A stretch of DNA of 64,000 bases from an uncultured delta proteobacterium (GTDB taxonomy: Bacteria; Myxococcota_A; UBA9160; UBA4427): assembly GCA_963822965.1 (NCBI GenBank), contig CAWGJT010000005.1:256001-320000 (forward strand), in the 5' to 3' direction. Numbering within the stretch: the stretch's first letter is position 1; every line of letters begins with the position of its first letter. The notes beneath the pieces are model-generated. The model was not told the DNA's origin, searched no databases, and worked only from the letters and a program-made list of their open reading frames with translations. Shown here one piece after another: positions 21,981-31,708 of this stretch. The position numbers and the translations under genes are program-made.

Positions 21981-22047
21981 CCCAATGCGTCATTCAGTGG
22001 CAGGCATTGGGAGTTGCGTCCGGATCCGCACGACGGATCAGGGCTAG
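21977..22047 (-). mobile_element. CTAG-flanked MITE-like element, copy 1 (71 bp)
   Basis: Reverse complement CTAGCCCTGATCCGTC...TGAATGACGCATTGGGCTAG; ends shared with the 31064 and 43791 copies. Confidence 0.7.
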
Positions 22048-22120
22048 CCCGCCGACCCGGAATGGGCGGGCTCGCGCCGCAGGACGAAGTCTCGGGTCAC
22101 GCTCCGAGTCGGTGCCTGCT

Positions 22121-23182
22121 TCACAGGTCCCAGAAGAAGTCCTCGTTCGTGAGCTCCTTCTCGTCCTCCTCGGCCCGGGGGCGGGCGCGGTCCGGGTCGT
22201 CGGAGACGAGGGACTCCCCGCGCCGGATCCGCTCCACCTGCTCGCACAGGTCGCGGGTCTCGTTCGCCCAGTACTGCTCCGTGCCGAAGTGCGGAAAGGC
22301 GTCCGGGAAGGCCGGATCGCTCCAGCGCTTCGCGATCCAGCCCGCGTACCACACGAAGCGGAAGCCCCGCAGCGGCTCGACGAGCCGAAGGCTGCGCTCG
22401 TCGAAGTCCCGGAACTCGCGATACGCGTCGACGAGCAGGCTGCGCTGGCGGGCGGCGACGGCGTCGCGACCCGGAAGCAGCATCCACACGTCCTGCACCG
22501 CCGGTCCCGTCACCATGTCGTCGAAGTCGAGGAAGAACCAGCCCGCGTCCGGGCCGCGCAGCAGGTTGCCCGCGTGGCAGTCGCCGTGGATCGGGTGCAG
22601 CGCGACCCCCTGCGAGAGGTCCCGGTAGATGCGCCACCAGATCCAGGGTGGCCTCGCGATAGGCGTGGGCGCACGACGGGGGCAGGAACTCGCCCTCTTC
22701 GAGCAGGGAGAGCGCCGCCAGCGGAAAGTCCCTCGTCGAGAGTCGGCCGGTGCGGGCATCTCGAGGGCGGCCCCCACGTTGTGGATGCGCGCCAGCAGGC
22801 GGCCGAGCACCGCGACCTCGGCGTCCGAGAGCTCGTCCGGCGAGCGTCCGCCCGTGCGCGGCCAGACCGCGTGGAAGATCCCCTCCACCTCGTGCAGCGT
22901 CTCCCCGTCCGGAAACACCAGGGGCGCGCACACGGGGATCTCCGCCTCGCGCAGGGCGGAGAGCATGCGGTGCTCGTCGAGGATCGCCTCTCGCGACCAG
23001 CGGCCGGGGCGGTAGAACTTCGCCACCACGTGGGACCCGTCCTCGAGGCGCAGGTCGAAGACGCGGTTCTCGAGAGCGTTCAGCGCCGTGCAGTGGCCCG
23101 TGGGACGGAGCCCCGCGGCCTCCACCGCTTGCAGCACACGATCGGGCGAGAGGCGGAAGAAGGACTCGTCGAGTGCGGGCAT
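22121..23182 (-). CDS. srkA: stress-response Ser/Thr kinase SrkA/RdoA (compensated frameshift at 22630-22740)
   Basis: [50 protein letters not shown]. Confidence 0.9.
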   Translation of the reverse strand: MPALDESFFRLSPDRVLQAVEAAGLRPTGHCTALNALENRVFDLRLEDGSHVVAKFYRPGRWSREAILDEHRMLSALREAEIPVCAPLVFPDGETLHEVEGIFHAVWPRTGGRSPDELSDAEVAVLGRLLARIHNVGAALEMPAPADSRRGTFRWRRSPCSKRASSCPRRAPTPIARPPWIWWRIYRDLSQGVALHPIHGDCHAGNLLRGPDAGWFFLDFDDMVTGPAVQDVWMLLPGRDAVAARQRSLLVDAYREFRDFDERSLRLVEPLRGFRFVWYAGWIAKRWSDPAFPDAFPHFGTEQYWANETRDLCEQVERIRRGESLVSDDPDRARPRAEEDEKELTNEDFFWDL

Positions 23183-23324
23183 GCCGGGCGAGTCTACACG
23201 AAATTGCCCCGTGCAATCGGTTTCGTTAGATTTCACGGTCACTTACCGCTCGGCTCCCCGGTCCCGGGACGATCCGGGCCGTGATCCGAAGCCGCAACCC
23301 GACCCCGGAATCCGAGAGGGCGCA

Positions 23325-25317
23325 ATGACCGCACCCGAACGCGACCGTCCCTGGCTGATCCGCACCTACTCGGGCCATTCGTCGGCCCACGCCAGCAACG
23401 CCCTGTACCGCGCGAACCTCGCGAAGGGACAGACGGGGCTCTCCGTCGCCTTCGATCTGCCGACCCAGACCGGCTACGACGCCGACCACCCCCTGGCCCG
23501 GGGCGAGGTGGGCAAGGTGGGCGTGCCGATCTCCCACATCGACGACATGAGCCAGCTGTTCGACCAGATCCCCCTCGACCGCATGAACAGCAACCTGACG
23601 ATCAACGCCACCGCCGCCTGGCTGCTCGCGCTGTACACGGCGGCCGCCGAGCGACAGGGCGTCGATCCGAGCCAGCTCCAGGGCACGACCCAGAACGACA
23701 TCGTGAAGGAGTACCTCTCCCGGGGCACCTACGTGTTTCCGCCGGAGGCGTCCCTGCGCCTGATCTCCGACATGGTCACCTACACCGTGGACGCCATCCC
23801 GAAGTGGAACCCGGTGAACGTCTGCTCGTACCACCTGCAGGAGGCCGGGGCGACGCCCGTGCAGGAGATGGCCTATGCGATGGCCACCGCCGTGGCGGTG
23901 CTCGACGCCGTGCGGGGCCGGGACGACGTGCCCGAGGAGGCCCTCCCGCGCGTCTTCGGCCGCATCTCCTTCTTCCTGAACGCGGGCATCCGCTTCATCG
24001 AAGAGGTGTGCAAGTGCCGCGCGATGCGCGAGCTGTGGGACGAGCTCGGCCGGGAGCGCTACGGCATCGAGGACCCGAAGATGCGCCGCTTCCGCTACGG
24101 CGTGCAGGTGAACAGCCTGGGTCTCACCGAGGCGCAGCCCGAGAACAACGTCATCCGGATCGTGCTGGAGGCCCTCGGCGTCACCCTCTCGAAGGACGCG
24201 CGCACGCGCAGCCTGCAGCTTCCCGCCTGGAACGAGGCCCTGGGCCTGCCGCGCCCCTGGGACCAGCAGTGGTCCCTGCGCATCCAGCAGATCCTGGCGT
24301 ACGAGACCGACCTGCTGGAGTACCCGGACATCTTCGAGGGCTCGAAGGTGGTCGAGGGCCGGACGGCCGAGCTCAAGCACGAGGCGCAGGCCGAGCTGCA
24401 GAAGGTGCTGGACATGGGCGGCGCCGTCGCGGCCATCGACAACGCATACATGAAGCAGCAGCTGGTGGAGTCCAACACCACGAGGGTGCGCGCCATCGAG
24501 TCCGGCGAGCTGACCGTCGTGGGCGTGAACCGCTTCACGGAGACGGAGCCCTCGCCGCTCACCGCGGCCGGCGCCGAGTCGATCCTGGTGGTGGACGAGT
24601 CGGCCGAGCGCGAGCAGATCGAGCGCCTGCGGGCCTTCCGCAGCAAGCGCAACGACGCCGAGGCGAAGGCCGCCCTCGCGAACCTGCGCGACGTGGTGGG
24701 GAACGGCGGCAACGTGATGCCGCCTTCGATCCGCGCCGCGCACGCGGGGGTCACCACCGGCGAGTGGGCCGACACCCTGCGCGACCTGTTCGGCGAGTAC
24801 CGGGCGCCCACCGGCGTGGGCGGCGTGCGGGCCTCGGAGCCCACCGAGCACGTGAAGCGCATCCGGCAGCGGGTGGACGAGGTGTCGGCGCGGCTCGGAC
24901 GGCGGCTCAAGCTGCTGGTGGGCAAGCCCGGCCTCGACGGCCACAGCAACGGCGCCGAGCAGATCGCCGTGGCGGCCCGGGACGTGGGCATGGAGGTGGT
25001 CTACGACGGCATCCGCCTCACCCCCGAGCAGATCGTCGCCTCCGCGCGGGACGAGGGCGTGCACGTGATCGGCCTGTCGCTCCTCTCGGGCTCCCACGGC
25101 GTGCTCGTGATCGACGTGCTCGAAGCGGCTCGCGGACGTGGGGCTCGCAGGCGTCCCGGTGGTCGTGGGCGGCATCATCCCCGAGGCCGACGCCGCCGCG
25201 CTGCGGGAAGCGGGCGTGAAGCGCGTCTACACGCCGAAGGACTTCGACCTGACGCGCATCATGGGCGAGATCGTCGAGCTGGTCGCGGAGTCGGTTCCGG
25301 ACGGCAATGACCACTGA
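23325..25317 (+). CDS. ecm: ethylmalonyl-CoA mutase / protein MeaA, B12-dependent (frameshift near 25125)
   Basis: [51 protein letters not shown]12 motif. Confidence 0.88.
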
Positions 25318-26340
25318 GCGGGACCCGGGCGCCGGGTCCGCCGACCTGGCGGACCGCCTGCTGGCGGGAGATCGCGGGGCCGTGGCGCCGGCCCTGAACC
25401 TGGTCGACGACCAGCGGCCCGCCGCGCGGCGCGAGAGCCTGCGCACTGCTCGACACCTTGCAGCGACACGCCGACGCCCTGCGCGCGCGACGCGTGGGCA
25501 TCACCGGCGCGCCGGGCGCGGGCAAGTCCACCCTGCTCGACGCCCTGGTGCGCAGCCTGCGGCCGCGCGGACGCAGCGTCGGCATCCTGGCCGTCGACCC
25601 CTCGAGCCGGCGTACCGGCGGCGCGCTGCTCGGCGACCGCTTCCGGGTCCGTTCCGGGCGCGGGGGACGACGGCGTCTTCCTGCGCTCGATGGCCGCGCG
25701 CAACCGCCTGGGCGGCCTGTCGGACGCCACGGCCTCGAGCATCGAGATCCTGTCGGCGGTCTTCGACTACGTCTTCGTGGAGACCGTGGGCGTGGGCCAG
25801 TCCGAGAGCGAGATCACCGCACCTGGTGGACACCCTCGTCTTCGTCGCGCAGCCGGACGCCGGGGACACGCTGCAGTTCATGAAGGCCGGCATCCTCGAG
25901 GTGCCCGACGTGTTCCTGGTGAACAAGTCCGACGTGGGCGCCGCGGCGCGCGCGAACCGCGCGGGAGCTGGCCTCCGGCCTCGGCCTCGCCGCCGCGCGC
26001 GGCGACGACTGGAAGCCGCCCGTGCTGCTGGCGTCGGCCCGGGACGGCGGCGGCATCGACGAGCTGGTGGAGACCCTCGAACGACACCACCGGCACGCCG
26101 AGACCACCGGTGCGCTGGCCGAGCGACGACTCGAGGGACGCGTCCACTGCGTCGAGCAGGCGCTCCTGGCCCGCTACGGCAGCTTCGGCCTCGAGCGCGT
26201 CGGCGCTCGCGAGGCCCTCGAGGTGCGGGTGCGCGAGGCCTGTCTGGAGTCGGTCGCTTCCCTCGTCGACGAGCTCGCCGTCGGAGATCGAGGACGCGCT
26301 CGCGAAGCCGGGCGTGCGGCCGCCGGAACGGGTGGGCTGA
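25307..26340 (+). CDS. meaB: mutase-associated GTPase MeaB/ArgK (multiple frameshifts)
   Basis: [18 protein letters not shown]...[31 protein letters not shown]. Confidence 0.9.
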
Positions 26341-26349
26341 GGGGACGGG

Positions 26350-26592
26350 ATGCGGATCCTTCGCCACATCCTGCTGGCGCTGCTCGCGTCGCTGCTCGCG
26401 GGGCTGGTGATCGGCACCGTGATCCGCCTGCGGCTCGAGCGACCGACGCGCTACTTCGTGGAGTCGTCCCCGACGCAGCCCGCACACGCCGGCGAGGTGG
26501 CTTCAGCCTGCGGGGCGCGGACGCCAGGGGACGTCGGGCCGGCTCGCCCGCCGGTTCTCCACCCGGGCCATCACGAAGAGCAGGTCGGATAG
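26350..26592 (+). CDS. small membrane protein, hypothetical
   Basis: RBS-like GAGGGG, N-terminal TM; 3' end overlaps the convergent gene. Confidence 0.45.
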   Translation: MRILRHILLALLASLLAGLVIGTVIRLRLERPTRYFVESSPTQPAHAGEVASACGARTPGDVGPARPPVLHPGHHEEQVG

Positions 26593-27063
26593 GCGGTTCA
26601 GGTAGCGCAGAGCGAGCCCGCCCAGCGGCTCCTCGCCGTCCAGCCCGACGGCGGCCCGCTCGGCCCGGCGACACACGGTGCGCGCCACGTGGAAGGTCGC
26701 CGCCGCCGGGGTGCCGCCGGGCAGGATGAAGCTCGAGAGCGGCTCGAGCTCCCCTTCCAGGCGGTCGATCTCGGCTTCCAGGGTCTCGACGTCGGCAGCG
26801 GTCACCTCGGGCACGGACGCCTTGCGGCGATGGGCCGCGTCCGGCGTCGCGAGGAAGGAGCCGAGGTCGAAGAGCGTGCTCTGGATCCGGCGTCCGAGGT
26901 CGATCAGGTCGGACTGGACGCTGGTCGCGATCGCCGCCCCCAGCGAGGCGTTGAGCTCGTCCACCTGTCCGTAGGCTTCGACCCGGATGCTCGCCTTGCG
27001 GACCCGATCTCCGCCGAAGAGATCCGTTTCGCCGGCGTCTCCGCGGCGCGTGTAGATCTTCAC
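26503..27063 (-). CDS. ATP:cob(I)alamin adenosyltransferase, PduO type
   Basis: KIYTRRGDAGET, YGQVDELN, FILPGG, ARTVCRRAER, YLNRLSDLLF. Confidence 0.93.
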   Translation of the reverse strand: MKIYTRRGDAGETDLFGGDRVRKASIRVEAYGQVDELNASLGAAIATSVQSDLIDLGRRIQSTLFDLGSFLATPDAAHRRKASVPEVTAADVETLEAEIDRLEGELEPLSSFILPGGTPAAATFHVARTVCRRAERAAVGLDGEEPLGGLALRYLNRLSDLLFVMARVENRRASRPDVPWRPRPAG

Positions 27064-27643
27064 GATCCGGCGAGCTCTTCGTCGACCAGCCGTTCGAGCT
27101 CGGCGTCGCTCAGCCGGGAGGCCGACCTGCCGGGCAGGCGGGGGGCGGAGGAGTCCGGCGTCCGCGGTGCGGCCGGCGGCGCGGGAGCGCCACCGCCTCC
27201 GGCGATGCGATGGATGACGAACGCCACCAGCGCGCCACCGAGGAGGAAGCCGGCCACCGGGATGACGTACGCCGAGATGCCCCAGCCTCCTTCGGCCCGG
27301 GGCTCCTGGCGCATCACGTCGCCGAAGCGCTCGAAGAGCACCTTCTCGATCTCGCTCCCGCGACTGTCCCGCCGCGGCCTGGAACAGGATCCACTGGCGG
27401 AGCTCGTCGGCCTGGGGGCTCGGGCACGCGGCCAGGGTCCGTCCCGGACAGAAGGGACTCATCAGGTCGTGCGCCATGGAGTACGCCCATTCGGGCGGCC
27501 CCGACACGCCTGTACCGGTGGGGTCCTGGGCGAGCGAGGGCACCTGCGCCCCAGCGGCGCCCGCCACCGCCAGCAGCGCCGCGGCGGCCAGCGCAGCGCG
27601 CAGCAGACCGTGAATGGTTCGCTTCGTCCTTCGCGAATTCCAT
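27060..27643 (-). CDS. CcmH/CycL-like cytochrome c biogenesis protein (frameshifted, start approximate)
   Basis: LMSPFCPGRTLAACPS...LRQWI, ERFGD...P, then a TM helix. Confidence 0.6.
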
Positions 27644-27675
27644 CGGCTGCGCTCCCCCCTTCCTCACGGCGTCCC

Positions 27676-28593
27676 TCACAGGTCCCAACGCAGCTGGACC
27701 GCCGACTGCCGCTCCGGACTCTGGGGCCGCACCACGTAGCGGGCCGGCTCCGCCACCACCTGCGACCCGGGCGGCACCGACTCGGTGAGCCACACGTTGC
27801 CGCCGATCACGCTGCCGGACCCGATCACCGTCTCGCCGCCGAGGATGGTGGCCCCGGCGTAGATCGTCACGTCGTCCTCGACGGTGGGGTGGCGCTTCTG
27901 GCCGCGCAGGGCCCGGCTGTCTCGCAGGGAGGCGGCGCCCAGGGTGACGCCCTGGTAGAGGCGCACCCGGTCGCCGATCTCGGCGGTCTCGCCGATCACC
28001 ACCCCCGTGCCGTGGTCGATGAAGAAGTTGCGCCCGATGCGGGCGCCGGGATGGATGTCGATGCCCGTCCGATCGTGGGCGTACTCGCTCATGATCCGCG
28101 GCAGCAGCGGGACCTCGAGCCGGTACAGCTCGTGGGCGATGCGGTGGATCGAGAGCACCCGGATGGCCGGGTAGGCGAGCACGATCTCCTGCAGGCTGTT
28201 GGCCGCGGGGTCGCCGTCGTAGCAGGCCTGCAGGTCCTGGGCGACGAGCGCCCGGATGGCGGGCAGGCGCTCGACGAAAGACAGGGTGAGCTCCCGGGCC
28301 GACGTCCCCGGCGCCATCTCGAGGCGCTCGAGCAGGGTCTCGAGCCGCTCGGCGACGACCGGCACCTCCGAGCGGAGCACCGATCGGTCGCTCTGGAAGC
28401 GGATCAGCCGATCCGCGCGCTCCGCCCAGGCCTGCACCTGGTTCGGATCGAGGATTCCGGGACAGACCGCCTGGGAGAGCGCGTCCTCTCCGCAGGCGGA
28501 GAGGGCCTCGATGGTGCGAGCGAAGATCTCCCGCGTGCGCGTGCCGCGCGCGCCGTCCGCTCGAGCGTGCTCGTCTGAGGACTCTGCGACCAT
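27676..28593 (-). CDS. cysE: serine O-acetyltransferase (EpsC/CysE)
   Basis: GDPAA, YP, HRIAH, TGIDIHPGA, FFIDHGTGVVIGET, KRHPT. Confidence 0.92.
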   Translation of the reverse strand: MVAESSDEHARADGARGTRTREIFARTIEALSACGEDALSQAVCPGILDPNQVQAWAERADRLIRFQSDRSVLRSEVPVVAERLETLLERLEMAPGTSARELTLSFVERLPAIRALVAQDLQACYDGDPAANSLQEIVLAYPAIRVLSIHRIAHELYRLEVPLLPRIMSEYAHDRTGIDIHPGARIGRNFFIDHGTGVVIGETAEIGDRVRLYQGVTLGAASLRDSRALRGQKRHPTVEDDVTIYAGATILGGETVIGSGSVIGGNVWLTESVPPGSQVVAEPARYVVRPQSPERQSAVQLRWDL

Positions 28594-28711
28594 GCCGGCT
28601 CCTGCGCCTCCCCCGGAGCCAGGGAGCTTAGCAGGACGCCGAAAATCCCGGCGGCGAGGGCTCCACGACGCGCACGAGATCCTATAATCGCGCGAATCCG
28701 GGGGGGTCTGC

Positions 28712-29619
28712 GTGTCCGAGCTGTACAGCCATTCGCGCCTGCGCTGCTTCGAGAACTGCCCCAAGCAATTCCACTTCCGCTACGTGCTGAAGATCCCCCA
28801 GGAGACGGAGGGCATCGAGGCGTTCGTGGGCAAGCGGGTCCACGAGGTGCTCGAGCGGCTCTACGTCTTCGTCGGGCGCGGCATGCTCCCGAGCCTGCCC
28901 CAGGTGCGGCGCCGCTTCGAAGAGCTGTGGGACGCCGAGTACGACCCCGACCGCGTCCGGGTGGTGCGCGAGGGCACGCCGCCGGCCTTCTACCGGGAGC
29001 TCGGCGCCCAGTGCCTCGAGACCTACTACCGCGCCCACTACCCCTTCGACGCGGACGAGACCCTGGCCGTCGAGGAGCGCGTCGTCTTCGACCTCGCACC
29101 GGACACGGCGCCCGGCGTCTATCGCATGCAGGGCATCATCGACCGGGTCTCGCGCGCCGCCGATGGCACCATCGAGATCCACGACTACAAGACGGGACGC
29201 TACGTGCCCTCGCAGAAGACGCTCGACGAGGATCGCCAGCTGGCCCTCTACCAGATCGGCGTGGGCCACCGCTATGGACCCGACCGGCCGGTGCGGCTGG
29301 TGTGGCACTACGTGGCCCGGGGCGCACTCCGTCACTCCACCCGTACGCCCGAGCAGCTCGCGGCGCTGCGAACGCAGACCGCGAAGGTGATCGACCGGAT
29401 CCGAGAAGAGGAGTGCTACCCGGCCAAGAAGAACCCCCTGTGCGACTGGTGCGAGTACCGCTCCCTGTGCCCGGCCTGGAACGACCAGACGGCGGAGCCG
29501 CCGCCCACACCTTCCGGACGAAGCCGCCGCCCACATCTTCCGCGCAGCCGCCGCCCACATCTTCCGCGCAGCCGCCGGCGACGCCCGTGAGCGAGCCGCG
29601 CCAGCTGTCGCTGCTCTGA
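28712..29619 (+). CDS. PD-(D/E)XK nuclease, RecB/AddB/Cas4-like with 4-Cys cluster; probable frameshift near 29515 (in-frame stop at 29590)
   Basis: SHSRL..F..CPKQ, GIIDRV, IHDYKTG, QLALY, CDWCEYRSLC; TATAAT upstream. Confidence 0.88.
29496..29577 (+). repeat. 24-bp tandem repeat x3 encoding a Pro/Ser linker
   Basis: AGCCGCCGCCCACATCTTCCGCGC units; first unit 26 bp. Confidence 0.9.
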
Positions 29620-29698
29620 ACGGAACGGATGGCGCGTCGGGCGGGCGCGCGCCGGAACGGCTGATCTCCCGGGGGATCCGGCGCTAGAGTCGCCGATC

Positions 29699-30457
29699 AT
29701 GTCGCTACAGATCGAGCGCATCCCCACGTTCGGGGACAACTACACCTATCTGGTGATCTGCGAGGCCACCCGCGAGGCGGCGGTGATCGACGCGCCCGAG
29801 GCCGAGCCCGTGATCCGGCGGGTCGAGGAGACCGGCGCGAAGGTCACGAAGATCCTGTCGACCCACCACCACCCCGACCACTCCATGGCCAACCCGGAGC
29901 TGGCGAAGCGCTACGGCGTGCCGGTCATCGGTCACGTCTCGGACGCGAAGCGCATCCCCGGCTTCACGGACGGCGTCGACGAGGGCGACACCGTGCAGGT
30001 GGGCGAGGAGACGGCGCGGGTCCTCTTCATCCCCTCGCACACCACCGGCCACGTCGCCTACGTGTTCGACGACGCGAAGGCCCTGTTCAGTGGGGACATG
30101 CTCTTCGCGGCGGGCTGCGGCCGGCTCTTCGAGGGCACGCCCGAGATGATGTACACGGCGCTGTGCGAGAAGCTCGCGAAGCTGCCCGACGACATGCGCG
30201 TCTACTGCGGCCACGAGTACACGGAGTCGAACCTGCGCTTCGCGGCCCACGTGGAGCCGGACAACGAGGACGTGAAGAAGAAGCTCGCGTGGGCGCACTC
30301 GGTGCGCGCCCGGGCCGCGGCCGACTGGCACGACGCCACCCCGGACGAGATGACCATTCCCTCGACGATCGGTGACGAGAAGAAGACCAACCCCTTCATG
30401 CGCGCGCGGGACGCCGCCGAGCTCGGCCGGCGACGCAAGCAGAAGGACGAGTTCTAG
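29699..30457 (+). CDS. gloB: hydroxyacylglutathione hydrolase (glyoxalase II)
   Basis: DNYTYL, THHHPDH, GDMLFAAGCGRLFEG, CGHEYT..NL, EKKTNPFMR. Confidence 0.92.
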   Translation: MSLQIERIPTFGDNYTYLVICEATREAAVIDAPEAEPVIRRVEETGAKVTKILSTHHHPDHSMANPELAKRYGVPVIGHVSDAKRIPGFTDGVDEGDTVQVGEETARVLFIPSHTTGHVAYVFDDAKALFSGDMLFAAGCGRLFEGTPEMMYTALCEKLAKLPDDMRVYCGHEYTESNLRFAAHVEPDNEDVKKKLAWAHSVRARAAADWHDATPDEMTIPSTIGDEKKTNPFMRARDAAELGRRRKQKDEF

Positions 30458-30483
30458 CCCGGACTATCCCTGGAGCTCGGCGC

Positions 30484-30605
30484 GAGGGCGCCAAGAGTGC
30501 TGCAGATTCGGGGCCCTCGGACCGGAGCCGACCGAAGGCGTGCTATCAGCACGTCGAGGATCGACGCAGGGAGAAGGTCCCGAAGATGCGGCGCTATTGG
30601 CGTCC
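30484..30605 (+). repeat. structured dispersed element, copy C
   Basis: GCAGATTCGGGGCC...GGCGTGCT-ATC-AGCACGTCGAG...GAGAAGGTCCCGAAGATGC. Confidence 0.8.
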
Positions 30606-30620
30606 GGAGCAGGTGCGCAC

Positions 30621-31067
30621 TTGTCCTCACGTTCCGCCAGGACCGCTACGCCGCCCGCCGGGGCAAGGCTCTCCACCCTGGAGCACCGGGTCGCCTTCCA
30701 CGAGACCGACGCCATGGGCATCGTCCACCACGCGAACTACCTGCATTGGTTCGAGGAGGCGCGCGTCCTCTGGCTCGAGGAGCACGACCAGCCCTACACG
30801 GCCTACATCGAGATGGACCTGCACTTTGCCGTCACGGGCGTGGAGGTGGACTACCTCCGCAGCGCACGCTTCGACGACCGGCTGCGCGTGGCGACCTGGG
30901 TGGAGGCCATCCGGGGCGCCTCCCTGCGGATGGCCTACCGCATCACCCGGGACGACGAGCTGCTCGTCACGGGCGCCACCGAGCACGCCGCCGTCGACAG
31001 CCAGGGTCGCGTCCGTCGCATCCCGAACGAGCGGCGCCTCAACATGAAGCAGAAGCTCGGCCTCTAG
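30621..31067 (+). CDS. acyl-CoA thioesterase (YbgC/FadM hotdog fold)
   Basis: RVAFHETDAMGIVHHANYLHWFEEAR, ARFDD. Confidence 0.9.
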   Translation: MSSRSARTATPPAGARLSTLEHRVAFHETDAMGIVHHANYLHWFEEARVLWLEEHDQPYTAYIEMDLHFAVTGVEVDYLRSARFDDRLRVATWVEAIRGASLRMAYRITRDDELLVTGATEHAAVDSQGRVRRIPNERRLNMKQKLGL

Positions 31068-31136
31068 CCCTGATCCGTCATGCGGATCAGGATCTGCGGC
31101 AGGCAGGAAGCAGGCTGAATGACGCATTGGGGCCAG
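31064..31136 (+). mobile_element. CTAG-flanked MITE-like element, copy 2 (73 bp)
   Basis: CTAGCCCTGATCCGTCATGCGGATC...CTGAATGACGCATTGGGGCCAG. Confidence 0.7.
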
Positions 31137-31160
31137 CCAGCAGGCCGAGCCGGGCGCGGG

Positions 31161-31640
31161 TCAGTGTCCGCTGCCCGACCCCGTCACCCACGAAGTCACC
31201 TGGCGCACGCGATCGCCGAAGACGCGCTCGCTCCAGCGCGTGACGCGGTGGATGGCGTCGAGGGCGTCTCCCTGACCGGACCAGTGCGAGCGCACCACGT
31301 CGGGGTGCACCCGGTTCAGCATGCGGGAGAGCACCGCGCCCACCACCACCAGGTCGTCCACCAGCCCGATGGGACCGAGCAGGAGCGCGGGCATGAGGTC
31401 GATCGGCGAGACGAGATACGCGGCCCCGACCACCGCGATCGCCTTGGAGCCCACGGGCACGCGGTCGTCGCGCATCAGGCGGAAGAGCAGCACGGCGAGA
31501 TCGGGCAGCAGCAGCAGCAGGTCGCGCAGCCCGGATCGGTCGCCGGGCTCCGCCTCGATCACCTGGCTGCGCAGCCGGTCATAGAGCCGGCGCTCCCGGG
31601 GGTTGAGCTCGATCACCACGGGCTGCTGGTCTTCGTACAC
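31161..31640 (-). CDS. DUF1232/YkvA family membrane protein
   Basis: DDRVP..K......AYLVSPIDLMP...GLVDD, VRSHWSG. Confidence 0.85.
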   Translation of the reverse strand: MYEDQQPVVIELNPRERRLYDRLRSQVIEAEPGDRSGLRDLLLLLPDLAVLLFRLMRDDRVPVGSKAIAVVGAAYLVSPIDLMPALLLGPIGLVDDLVVVGAVLSRMLNRVHPDVVRSHWSGQGDALDAIHRVTRWSERVFGDRVRQVTSWVTGSGSGH

Positions 31641-31708
31641 CCGGCTCTCTCCCGTTCCGCGCTCTCTTCTTCCGCATCTCGCGGCCGGTGCGCCCGGCCG
31701 GCGTCGCC

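Noticed and set aside
29496..29577. Repeats beside a Cas4-like gene as a CRISPR array
   Set aside because: Head-to-tail units with no spacers; they encode a linker; no cas1/cas2
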